This document shows positions 38,693 to 48,900 of a DNA stretch of 64,000 nt, piece after piece. The position numbers and the translations under genes were made by a program. This DNA comes from Sedimentisphaeraceae bacterium JB056 (lineage in GTDB: Bacteria > Planctomycetota > Phycisphaerae > Sedimentisphaerales > Sedimentisphaeraceae), in the NCBI GenBank assembly GCA_044440125.1, contig JBITAJ010000004.1:64001-128000 (forward strand), given 5' to 3'. The notes under the pieces were generated by a model that had not been told where the DNA came from, did not search any database, and saw nothing but the letters and a program-made list of their open reading frames with translations. The stretch's first letter is position 1; every line of letters starts with the position of its first letter.

Positions 38693-40609
38693 TTATTCAA
38701 CACTTACGCCGTAAAGCCAATTGCTTACAAGCAATACTATATCATCACTATTCACCAGGCAATCGAAATTCAAATCACCTATAGGATACTGATGTAATGC
38801 ATCACCACAAAGCTCTGGTGGAACTAATTGCCCCTGAGCTGTCCAGCGAACATAGTCCAACTGCCATGCAGAGTCATTGGTTCCGGTTATATCACCGAAG
38901 AAAAATCTATCTGCACGATTAAGACCTGTTAGGCCGGCAGGATAGGTAACTTCACGATTTGGTACTTTAGCCCCATCAACATAAAGCTTAGCTGTTGTAG
39001 CACCCATAGTTATACGATAAACATGAAAATCATCTGTAGTATCCATTGCATGAGTTCCAGCGGAAGAGAAATTGAAAACATTATCCTCCAAACCCATATA
39101 CAACCCTACATCATTTTTGTCAAACATGCAGAATACGGCTGTAACGGATCCCTCAGCATGGTTCAGCTTAGCTTTAAATTCAAGGCTTGCACCTTCGCTA
39201 AAATCAACACCAGAACCTAAAGAGCTTTCCCAATTAAATGACGTGTCATAACTTAATGAATTAAAGTCAGCGATTCCATTATCTACAGAAGTATAAGTGC
39301 CAGCGGCACCTGCGGCAAACCAGCCATCAGTATCAGGCATTGCATCTGCCTCATAGCTATACTCCCATGTCGTACTATCAGCGGTAATGCCTGTTATTTC
39401 AGGAGCAATCGCACCGCTATTAGTCCATCTAACATAGTCGAGTTCCCAGTTAGAATCGTTGCCACCTGTTGCGTCACCAAAATTGAACTTATTGGCGTTA
39501 CCAGCACTATCCAAACCAGTGAATCTGGCAACAGTAGTTACAGCTACAAAATTGTTATCAACATATAACTCAAAAGTGTCATTTATATAGCATATCCTGT
39601 AAATATGAAAGTCATCAGTTGTTGTCAAGGTAGTAAAGGCTGAACTATATAGATTTATACCAGTATCCCTAAAATCAACAATAGACCCCTTGCCATCTTT
39701 ATCATAGATATAGAACGCGGCAGTTACCGCACCTTGCTGCGAGATCATCTTAGCTCTAAACTCAACAGTTGAACCATTGATAAAATCAAGTTCTGCGTCA
39801 GAAGTTAATGTCCAATTGAAACTTGTATCAAAATCAATACTATTCAATGTAAGGATACCATTAGAAACAGTTGAATAAGTTGAAGCAGGACCTCCCTGTA
39901 ACCAACCAGCCTCACTCGGTAATACGTCGGCTTCATAGGAGCCTTCCCAAGTTGAAGAATCAGCGGTAATCGGGTCTTGTGGTGGAGCAAATGAACCACC
40001 ATCTGTCCAGCGGATATAGTCTATATCCCAGTCCGCATCATTACCAGCTGTCAAATCACCAATACGGAAAGTGCCTGCTGCTGCAGTAGCGCCACCGTAA
40101 GTTCTTGTGTAAACAGGAGTCAGAACATCATCAATATAAAGCTTTATTTCATCTGTACCCGTACCAATTGCAATCCTGTATGTATGGAAGTCATCTGTCG
40201 TATCGAAAGCATAAAGCCCCAATCCAGAAAAATTAAAAGCAGCAGCCTGAGGCTCCATAAAAAGCAATCTTCCGGCAGTATCAGCAACATAGATTGATGT
40301 TGTTGCTCCACCCTGCCACTCATTGACCTTCGCCCTTATCTCAAGTGTAGCACCTGTAGAAAAGTCAAAGTTTGAACCGGCATCATACGACCACCAACCG
40401 GTAGTTCCATCATCAAACGTGTCAAGTTTGGCAATGCCACCAGCAACAGTAGGCGCGGTTCCGTTAACTGTCCAGCCGACAGTATCAGGAGAAGCATCAG
40501 CCTCATAGCTGTTCTCCCAAGTTGTTGAATCAGCAGTAATTTCTGCGTTTACCAGCATTGTGAACATCAACATAGACATCACAACAAACAAAAATCGAAA
40601 TTCTTTCAT
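38693..40609 (-). CDS. Secreted protein with three lectin-like modules and a dockerin-like tail
   Basis: Three ITADS.TWE.SYEAD repeats; CGD...GDLNFDCLVNSDD...WL. Confidence 0.75.
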   Translation of the reverse strand: MKEFRFLFVVMSMLMFTMLVNAEITADSTTWENSYEADASPDTVGWTVNGTAPTVAGGIAKLDTFDDGTTGWWSYDAGSNFDFSTGATLEIRAKVNEWQGGATTSIYVADTAGRLLFMEPQAAAFNFSGLGLYAFDTTDDFHTYRIAIGTGTDEIKLYIDDVLTPVYTRTYGGATAAAGTFRIGDLTAGNDADWDIDYIRWTDGGSFAPPQDPITADSSTWEGSYEADVLPSEAGWLQGGPASTYSTVSNGILTLNSIDFDTSFNWTLTSDAELDFINGSTVEFRAKMISQQGAVTAAFYIYDKDGKGSIVDFRDTGINLYSSAFTTLTTTDDFHIYRICYINDTFELYVDNNFVAVTTVARFTGLDSAGNANKFNFGDATGGNDSNWELDYVRWTNSGAIAPEITGITADSTTWEYSYEADAMPDTDGWFAAGAAGTYTSVDNGIADFNSLSYDTSFNWESSLGSGVDFSEGASLEFKAKLNHAEGSVTAVFCMFDKNDVGLYMGLEDNVFNFSSAGTHAMDTTDDFHVYRITMGATTAKLYVDGAKVPNREVTYPAGLTGLNRADRFFFGDITGTNDSAWQLDYVRWTAQGQLVPPELCGDALHQYPIGDLNFDCLVNSDDIVLLVSNWLYGVSVE

Positions 40610-40626
40610 TTGTAGCTCCTTTAAAA

Positions 40627-42171
40627 CTATTTTATATTTCTATAACGAATATTCCATTTATCAAACATTTGAAAATGGAAATCCAACTTTTCACAAAAAA
40701 CATTATAACTTTCTTTATTCCTTCCTTTCCAGGAACTTTGAACAATCGCCATTGCTCTGGGCCATGTCATATATTCTAAATGCTGCTGATTAGAAATGTA
40801 CTCCGTCCACAAACATCCCTGCATTCCCTTAATCTTAGTTACCTGATCCGCCCTTATATTATCAGGAACAGGGTTATAAGAATACACAACATCTAACGGT
40901 AAAACACACTCCTTGCTCAAAGCCATTGGTTCTTTTTCAGGACTCCCCTGATAATAATCAAGATAGCATCTTTGGTTTGGTGTCATCACCGAATCATTAC
41001 CAGATAAAGCTGATTTCATACATGCTTCTAATTCACCAAACCACGGCATCACCGTTGCTCCATCAGGTACAGCATCGGCATCGTCCCAACATATCATTTT
41101 CCGATCGTTTTCGGCAAGAAATTCTTTGATACGAGTATTGAACCATAACTGTAAACCCTTTTCGTCTTTCAAGCCAAGTTCTTTGATCTTTTTCTGGCAA
41201 ACCGGGCATTGTTTCCACCTGTCGTGCTTTACTTCATCACCACCGATATGTATATATTCCGATGGAAACAGATCAATAACTTCTTTCAATACATTTGTAT
41301 TAAACTCAAAAACTTCATCTTTTCCTAAGCAGTAAACATCTTCATATACACCCCAGCAACAAGCTACATCTACTTTATGCTCCCTGCACGAAAGTTCAGG
41401 ATATGCCGCTATTGCCGCCAAAGAATGCCCCGGCATTCCAATCTCAGGTACAATAGTAACAAATCTATCTGACGCATACTCAACTATTTCTCGTATATCC
41501 TGTTGAGTAAAAAAACCGCCATGAATTTTTCCATCATAAGTTCTATCATCTGCCCTAATTTCATGATGATTACCAATGAGAGTTTGCTTTCGCCATGAAC
41601 CAATTTCCGTAAGCAAAGGATATTTTTTTATCTCTACTCTCCAACCTTGATCCTCTGTAAGATGCAAATGCAACATATTAAATTTATAATAACTCATTGT
41701 ATCAATAAATTTTTTAACGATTTTCTTATCAAAAAAATGCCGACCAACATCAAGAAGCAATCCACGCCAGGCTAACTCAGGATAATCTATTATCTCAAGA
41801 CACGGCAACTTATAACCATTACCATCCCAACCTGTTTGAAGAAATAACTGAGCCAATGTCTGCAAACCATAATAAAACCCGCAATAATCTCTGGCTATTA
41901 AAGTTATCTTATCTTGATCTATTTTGAGCTTATAAGCCTCTTTAGATTTTGAGCCTTCTATACAATCAGATTTTATAAGAACGATTGCAGAATCGCATGA
42001 ATTTGAAATTTTTAATGATAAACCAGTTCGTAAGTTAAAAATCTGCAACAATGATTCTGCACGCTCAAACTTAATTTCAGGACAAAATACGTCAAAAAAA
42101 ACTGCTTTATTATAACCGTTATTACAAATCTGTATCTGAGGCTCGGGGATTATATTTATGCCTGAAAACAA
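40627..42171 (-). CDS. GH20 beta-N-acetylhexosaminidase
   Basis: WRGLLLDVGRHF, HLHLTEDQGWR, PEI.MPGH, catalytic HIGGDE, WTEY; no signal peptide. Confidence 0.93.
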   Translation of the reverse strand: MFSGINIIPEPQIQICNNGYNKAVFFDVFCPEIKFERAESLLQIFNLRTGLSLKISNSCDSAIVLIKSDCIEGSKSKEAYKLKIDQDKITLIARDYCGFYYGLQTLAQLFLQTGWDGNGYKLPCLEIIDYPELAWRGLLLDVGRHFFDKKIVKKFIDTMSYYKFNMLHLHLTEDQGWRVEIKKYPLLTEIGSWRKQTLIGNHHEIRADDRTYDGKIHGGFFTQQDIREIVEYASDRFVTIVPEIGMPGHSLAAIAAYPELSCREHKVDVACCWGVYEDVYCLGKDEVFEFNTNVLKEVIDLFPSEYIHIGGDEVKHDRWKQCPVCQKKIKELGLKDEKGLQLWFNTRIKEFLAENDRKMICWDDADAVPDGATVMPWFGELEACMKSALSGNDSVMTPNQRCYLDYYQGSPEKEPMALSKECVLPLDVVYSYNPVPDNIRADQVTKIKGMQGCLWTEYISNQQHLEYMTWPRAMAIVQSSWKGRNKESYNVFCEKLDFHFQMFDKWNIRYRNIK

Positions 42172-42183
42172 AATTACACCCAG

Positions 42184-42822
42184 TTAATTTATATGCCAAC
42201 TACGGTTGAGCAGACTTGTTCTGTCACACGCTTCTTCTTTGTTTACCGTCTCAACATGCCCGTCAAGATAAAGCATTGAAGAGTCAACAGTGTCATGCCA
42301 ATCCATCTCTTCACGCCATAATACACCCTGAACAGAAACATCGGAAATATAACTGCTGAAATCAGCCGTCCAATACTGATCTGCCATATAAAAAATTTCT
42401 GCCGGATTTCGCTTAACTGCAGAGGCTTTCAAGACTGTAGTTTTGTCACCTTCCATACTGAAATAAACATTTACGCAATAACTTGTTGGTATCAAACCTA
42501 ACAAATCATCTCCCTTTGCATTCTTTTTATCTAACGGACACCGAAAAACACTTGTAAGTTTTTTATTATCAGTATTAGAACTTCCAAAATATGGTTCCAA
42601 TGCAATTTTACCTTCAGGATTCTTGAAAAAATAAGCCTTGTAGTCCTCAACGTAAAGAATTGTAGCCAAACCTATTTGTCTTAGATTGTTTTTACAAAGC
42701 ACATTCCTCGCCTGATATCTTGCCTTTTTTAGTGCGGGCATCATTATCGCCATCAATACCGCAATAATTGAGATAACCACTAAAAGTTCTATTAAAGTAA
42801 AAGCCGCTTTTCTATTTTTCAT
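42184..42822 (-). CDS. Prepilin-type N-terminal cleavage/methylation protein (DUF1559/H-X-DG family)
   Basis: Start MKNRK at 42822 overlaps the regulator's stop; [16 protein letters not shown]...LYLDGHVE. Confidence 0.9.
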   Translation of the reverse strand: MKNRKAAFTLIELLVVISIIAVLMAIMMPALKKARYQARNVLCKNNLRQIGLATILYVEDYKAYFFKNPEGKIALEPYFGSSNTDNKKLTSVFRCPLDKKNAKGDDLLGLIPTSYCVNVYFSMEGDKTTVLKASAVKRNPAEIFYMADQYWTADFSSYISDVSVQGVLWREEMDWHDTVDSSMLYLDGHVETVNKEEACDRTSLLNRSWHIN

Positions 42823-43957
42823 TTTTAGCCTCTGCCCAATTAGTAAATGATTGTGGGAAACTCTCCCTGAATACCAACATTGTCTTAACAAAAGCGACTT
42901 TCTTTTCAGGCTTGTCGCTGTAACATATGTCCTCCACAAATTCAGCTATCTTTTCTCCAAAAACACTTAGATTTGGATAGAAGCCGGTAAGTGTAGGTCT
43001 TATAAAACTCCCGAGGAAAGATGTTTGCATCACAACAATCCGTAAATCCCGTGGGATTTGAAGACCTATATTGTCGCAGATTACAATTATCTCTGATGCA
43101 ATGTCTTCACCTTGAACAAGTAATGTTTTAGGTCTTCTCGGAGCCATAAGCATTTGAGTAATTTGTTGAATTGCGACATCATTTTGCTGGCTCACTGTAA
43201 AAGTATTACCTGAAACCAACCTTGGATATTTCAATTCATCGAGTTTATTAAGCCGATCTCTAAAATAAGCGTGATCACCAAATACCCCGGGCTTCACAAT
43301 AAAAACCATAGGCCAGGATTGGCTTTGATCTATACTGTACATTAAAGTATCAAACATATCATCTGTGTCAGCACTTACTCTGGGCAGGGACACTTCCTCA
43401 TCAACACCGCCGACGACAATTGCCGGTATATCATTGTCTGCAAAAAAACTTTTAACCCATGCCGGACAATGAGAAAGCGCAAAAACAATATTATCTCTTT
43501 TAGGTCTTGACCAATAATGATAATCAGCAATACACCGCAGCCCATCCACTCCATCAGTATTCGAATCAAAAACTATTGAAACAACATCAATATTTGGATT
43601 ATGATTTCTTACTCCCTCCCTTAATTCTACACTAAAAGGAGAATGAGCTTCTCTTATACTATAATCACTTATATCACATAGATTCAATATATAAAGCTGC
43701 TTGTTTGATTCAATAACTTTAGCCGTAAATTTATCTGAAATACAGGTCCCTCTTTTACCCTTTGACTCAACATAACCATACTCAGCCAATTTCTTATAAG
43801 CCTCAGCCACCGTAACATGTGCAAAACCGGTATCCTTGCTCATTTCTCTTATTGGAGGAAGTTTATCGCCCTGAGTCAGACCGTTAACAGACACGAAGCG
43901 AGCAACCGCTTCAACGACATTTTTTTGTTTACCTGTAAGATTCTTCATTAAAACCAT
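42812..43957 (-). CDS. GntR-HTH + LacI-type sugar-binding regulator
   Basis: [11 protein letters not shown]...[15 protein letters not shown]...GT; C-terminal [12 protein letters not shown]. Confidence 0.88.
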   Translation of the reverse strand: MVLMKNLTGKQKNVVEAVARFVSVNGLTQGDKLPPIREMSKDTGFAHVTVAEAYKKLAEYGYVESKGKRGTCISDKFTAKVIESNKQLYILNLCDISDYSIREAHSPFSVELREGVRNHNPNIDVVSIVFDSNTDGVDGLRCIADYHYWSRPKRDNIVFALSHCPAWVKSFFADNDIPAIVVGGVDEEVSLPRVSADTDDMFDTLMYSIDQSQSWPMVFIVKPGVFGDHAYFRDRLNKLDELKYPRLVSGNTFTVSQQNDVAIQQITQMLMAPRRPKTLLVQGEDIASEIIVICDNIGLQIPRDLRIVVMQTSFLGSFIRPTLTGFYPNLSVFGEKIAEFVEDICYSDKPEKKVAFVKTMLVFRESFPQSFTNWAEAKNEK

Positions 43958-43963
43958 AAAACG

Positions 43964-44130
43964 AGTATAACAAAAAAAAATACCACGTCAACATAAATAT
44001 AACAAAAAAAAAGAGAATCCTGACAAAAACACTTCAAAGCCATCTAAAAAGACTAATACGTTATGCTTTATGTTATATTTTGCAAAAATTCAACATACCA
44101 TATTGACTTACAAATCATATTTGTTATAAA
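43964..44130. promoter_or_regulatory. Divergent promoters with repeated TATAACA/TGTTATA candidate operators
   Basis: Minus: TTGACG-16-TATACT, 6 nt before the ATG at 43957. Plus: TTGACT(44103)-16-TATAAA. TATAACA at 43966 and 43998; TGTTATA at 44071 and 44122. Confidence 0.55.
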
Positions 44131-44172
44131 TTAGAAAATAGATTAACCCAACAAAACACTAAAGGACTAACT

Positions 44173-45717
44173 ATGAACACAAGATTTGATATAGCAAATT
44201 ACGCCTTAATGATCTTTTATTTAGGCTTCACTATATTAATAGGAATTATATTTTCCAAAAAAGAAAAAAACACAGAAGAATACTTTCTTGGAGGCAGATG
44301 CATACCAACATTCGTCATAGCCGTTTCAATGTTTGTTACAGTCTTTAGTGCAATTTCTTTCGTCGCAGTGCCTGGCGAAGCTTTCGCAAATGGACTGAGT
44401 ATGTTTATCAGCACATTGATTATACCAATCGGAACCATAGTAGGCTTCAGCATGTTCGTCAAATTTTATTTCAAAGCAAACGCCTTCACTCCTTTTACAT
44501 ATCTGGAACAAAGATACGACAGAAACATTAGAATACTAATCAGTGTCATATTCATATTAATGAAACTCTTCTATCTTGGAATAGTAATGTATGCATCTGC
44601 AAAATGCTTTAAGGGTGCCACAGGATGGCCGATATGGAAAACAATACTTATTGTTGGCATTATTGGTATATTCTATACAACTCTCGGAGGAATGAAAGCT
44701 GTTGTATGGACTGACTTTTTGCAATTTTTCATATTAGTAATCGGTCTGGGAGTCGTATTCTGGAAAATATTTACAACTGTTGACGGCGGTATCATAGGCA
44801 CCGTTTCTTATGCCTTTGAAAATGAAAGAGGGTTTGAAGTTCTTAAGGACATGAAGACATTTACCAGTTTCAGCATTTTTGAACGATTCACAGTATGGAT
44901 GATGCTTCTCTCGGCAATTGGAACCTACACCTTTACATACGGATGCGACCAGATGACCATCCAAAGACTCCTAAGCACATCATCTTACAGAGAAGCAAGA
45001 AAGGCAACCATAACGAATGTAATCCTCATAATACCTATTATAGGCATGTTCTGGCTTATAGGACTTGGACTCTTCAGCTTCTACAACTCTACAGGCAATA
45101 CATTACCTGACGGAATTCACCAAAATGAGGTAATGAGTTATTTCATGATCCACGAATTACCAACACCTGTACCCGGCTTGCTAATGGCCGCCCTGCTCGC
45201 GGCAGTCATGAGTACAATAGACTCTGGCATGAACAGCCTTTCTGCCGTCTTTGTCAAAGATATATATATCACTCATTTCAACCCTCAATCCACCACAGAG
45301 CAAGAAATGAAAATTTCCAGAATCACAACAATTGTATGGGGCATAATATTCATAGCCTTTGGAATTACAGTAGGGAACCTCTCTGAGAATATAGTTAGCA
45401 GCGTTTTTGAAATCGCTGGTATATGGGGAGCATTGTTTGGTATTCCAGCAGGCGCTTTTCTGCTTGGAGTTACGACAAAAAGAGCTCACAAAGGTATTAT
45501 ATATGCCTGTTCTGCAATATCAATTATTGCATTATCTGCCTTGGTATACAACTATTACACCGCCGAACTTTCACACCGAATATCATTCAATATTGTAGGA
45601 ACAAGCCCATTCATAGTAATGATAATAATAGGCTACCCCCTATGTATGCTTTGGCCGGCAAAAGAAGATACCAAATCAACTGAAGGACTAACTTTGTGGA
45701 CATATAAAAAATCTTGA
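44173..45717 (+). CDS. Sodium:solute symporter (SSS)
   Basis: EEYFLGGR, GGMKAVVWTDFLQ, AAVMSTIDSGMNS; many TM helices. Confidence 0.9.
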   Translation: MNTRFDIANYALMIFYLGFTILIGIIFSKKEKNTEEYFLGGRCIPTFVIAVSMFVTVFSAISFVAVPGEAFANGLSMFISTLIIPIGTIVGFSMFVKFYFKANAFTPFTYLEQRYDRNIRILISVIFILMKLFYLGIVMYASAKCFKGATGWPIWKTILIVGIIGIFYTTLGGMKAVVWTDFLQFFILVIGLGVVFWKIFTTVDGGIIGTVSYAFENERGFEVLKDMKTFTSFSIFERFTVWMMLLSAIGTYTFTYGCDQMTIQRLLSTSSYREARKATITNVILIIPIIGMFWLIGLGLFSFYNSTGNTLPDGIHQNEVMSYFMIHELPTPVPGLLMAALLAAVMSTIDSGMNSLSAVFVKDIYITHFNPQSTTEQEMKISRITTIVWGIIFIAFGITVGNLSENIVSSVFEIAGIWGALFGIPAGAFLLGVTTKRAHKGIIYACSAISIIALSALVYNYYTAELSHRISFNIVGTSPFIVMIIIGYPLCMLWPAKEDTKSTEGLTLWTYKKS

Positions 45718-45907
45718 AACTACTCCTACATATGTAAAAAAGCGAACAAAATTTTAGAACAACCCCAATACACCCCTGAGATAACACCTTGATGGAATAG
45801 AAAATCTATTAAGGAGTATAGCAATGCGCCATAATAAAGCGCCACCGGTGCGCCTACATTTCACCATCTTAATAAACAAGTAAATCATATTAAACAGGAA
45901 ATTAAAA

Positions 45908-48900
45908 ATGAAAAATACCTTTTTAGTTATCTCATCAACACTACTAATTCTCTTATCAGGTACTATCTTAGCAGTAAGTGAATATTCGAATACCTGGGAA
46001 GGATCATATGAAGCTTCAACATCACCAACTAATGATGGCTGGACTGGAGCCGGATTATATTACGACATGGAAAATTGCAGTAACGGCATACTGACTTTAG
46101 ACTCATACGACAATGATAAATACGGATACTACTATCTCACCAATAATCCTGCATTTGATTTTTCCCAAGGCGCAACAGTTGAATTTAGAGCAAAAGTAAA
46201 TATCTCCCAAGGTTCAGCAATAAGATTTACAATTCGTGACTCAAATAATTATGAAGTTGCTTTTGAGATTCTCACTGACAGAATCAATTTCACAAATATG
46301 GGTACTTGCTGGCTGACAACCACCGATGCTTATCATACTTTCAGACTGCATGTCAAAACCGGAACAAACCAATTCAAAGTTTATATAGACAACAACAGCA
46401 GCCCATTACATACAGCCTCCATACCCACTACATCCGGTGGCTCCTTGTTTCAATTTGGAGATTACACAACTCCAAATGACTCCGATTGGGATATTGACTA
46501 CATAAGATGGACAAACACAGACAGCTACGAACCTGCCGCGATAACAGCAGATTCAGCAACATGGGAAAATTCCTATGAAGCAGATGATACCCCAGACAAT
46601 TGCGGCTGGACGACAGGAGGAACTGCACCAACCGTCTCAAATGGTCTTGCTGCGATTGATACATACGATAACGATACAGTTGGTTACTGGACTTACGATA
46701 CGGGGTCATGCCTCGACTTTTCTACGGGAGCTACACTTGAAATCAGAGCAAAGGTTAATGAATGTCAAGGTGGAGCAACAACATCATTATACGTTACAGA
46801 TACTACCGGACGACTAATATTTATGGAATTGCAGGAAACTGTATTTAACTTCTCAGGATTAGGAACTTACGCCTTTGACACAACGGATGCCTTCCACACA
46901 TACCGAATAAGTATGGGACTTGGAACCGACAATATCAAACTTTATATAGATGGAAATGAAACTGCCGCTTACACAAGAACCTACGGCACTGCTACAGCTG
47001 CTGCCGGAACTTTTAGGATTGGTGACTTAACAGGCGTAAATGATGCAGACTGGGAGATTGATTATATAAGATGGACTGACACCTGCGCTATGGCACCTGG
47101 TTCAACAGGAATATCCCATACATGGGAAGGAATATACGAGGCAGACAACTTACCAAGCAGTGAAGGCTGGACAGCATCAGGCTATGCTTCAACTGTCTCC
47201 ACCTGCGACGGGGCAATCTTAAACATGGACACCTTTGACAACAACCAGACAGCTCTTTGGACATTAACATCCGCTCCAGCGTTTGATTTTGATTTAGGAG
47301 CTACTATAGAATTCCGTGCGAAGACTATTAAGAATGCCTCTGAAACAGGTGGATTCAAAATAATCGCACAAGACTCTAACAACCAAAAAGTAGAAGTTAG
47401 CTTTGCAAACAACAAGCTCTCTATAAATGGTGGTACAGAAATCGGTATCTTAACAGACGCATACGAAATATATAGATTAGCCATAAAAAGTGAAACAAAC
47501 AATATTAAGCTGTATATTGGAGATAAAAAATGGCCTGTCATTACCGGTACCGTTACGACTGGAACCGGCGGAGCGATGCTGCAATTTGGTGACAATTCAA
47601 CTACTGCCGACGCAGAGATAGACATTGATTATATACGCTGGACTTGCAGTAACAGCATTGTACCGCCAACGATATATATCACAGACATGAGTGAAGCTCT
47701 CCCAGCTACTGCAACAAGCACATCTCTTGCTTCTGATAAATGGTATCTTATACCATATGAAACAGGAGATTTCACCGGAACTATGGCAACAGCAAGCTCA
47801 TTAGTAACCGCACCGGAATTAACAATACCGCTTAATAATGCCTCTGGATGGCACGCTATCTACATAGGATTCTGGTCGCCAATATACCTTAATCAGGGTG
47901 ATACGGCAACATTATTCAGGGCTAAACTAACTGGTGACAATGCCTTTATACCATTGAAGTATGCAGGAACCCCCGACTCACAAACTATAACCTGGCTCAA
48001 AGAATTACACTGGGGTATAAGAGATCTCACCGGCAAAAATCTGATTATAACAAAACCTAATGGAGCCGTTTCAAAACAGCTCAATCTGGCATATGTAAAA
48101 TTGGTACCATTGAGCGAACCTCAAGCCCAAGCAATAAGAACAGATCGAGCAACATCTGCCAACAGGAATCTAACTGCCGTAATTGACGGCATGACATACT
48201 TCTATGATTATGAAGTTGGTGATGAGGATGATGCGATGGATATTCTCGAACCATACAGATATTCTGATGTAGAAAAAGTTTTATGGGCGGTAAACTACGG
48301 TGAACGAACAAACTATCCATCAACTGTTACCGGTACAACTTTCATGGCAAGTACCGATAGCAGGCTTTCTTTGCTCACAACTGGATATGGAGCAAGTGAT
48401 TACGTCAGAAGCCAAATTCAAATGTACGACACATTGAATAGTCTCAGCACTTCCAATATAATAATTCAAGATGAAGCCGCGGACTACGCACATTCAATGG
48501 GACTTGACTTTGATATCATGATCCGACTTGGCATGATTGGAGGGTTAGACCCTTGGTTGTGGGATAATGATGGTTTCGTAAACAACAATCCTGCTTATCG
48601 ACAGAAAAAAAGAAGTGGCAGATACGCAAACAAAGCCAGCTATGCTTATTCACAAACCAGAGCTTTTGTGATTGATATAATTGAAGAATCACTTGGACTT
48701 ATAGATGCAGATGGTGTTAACCTTTGTTTCGTAAGAGGTCCACACTTTCTTCAATATGAACAACCAATTGCAGATAAGTTATACGCAGACTACTCGGTAA
48801 CTATTAACCAAGTTGATGACGATGACTATAGATTAATTGCAGTTAAGGAATATTTCATGAATCTCTTTGTTGAAGAAGTACGGACAGCCATAGATGCTAT

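Noticed and set aside
45824..45883. 19-aa ORF with strong AAGGAG SD upstream of the 1153-aa gene
   Set aside because: No attenuator structure or codon bias; nothing further supports it.
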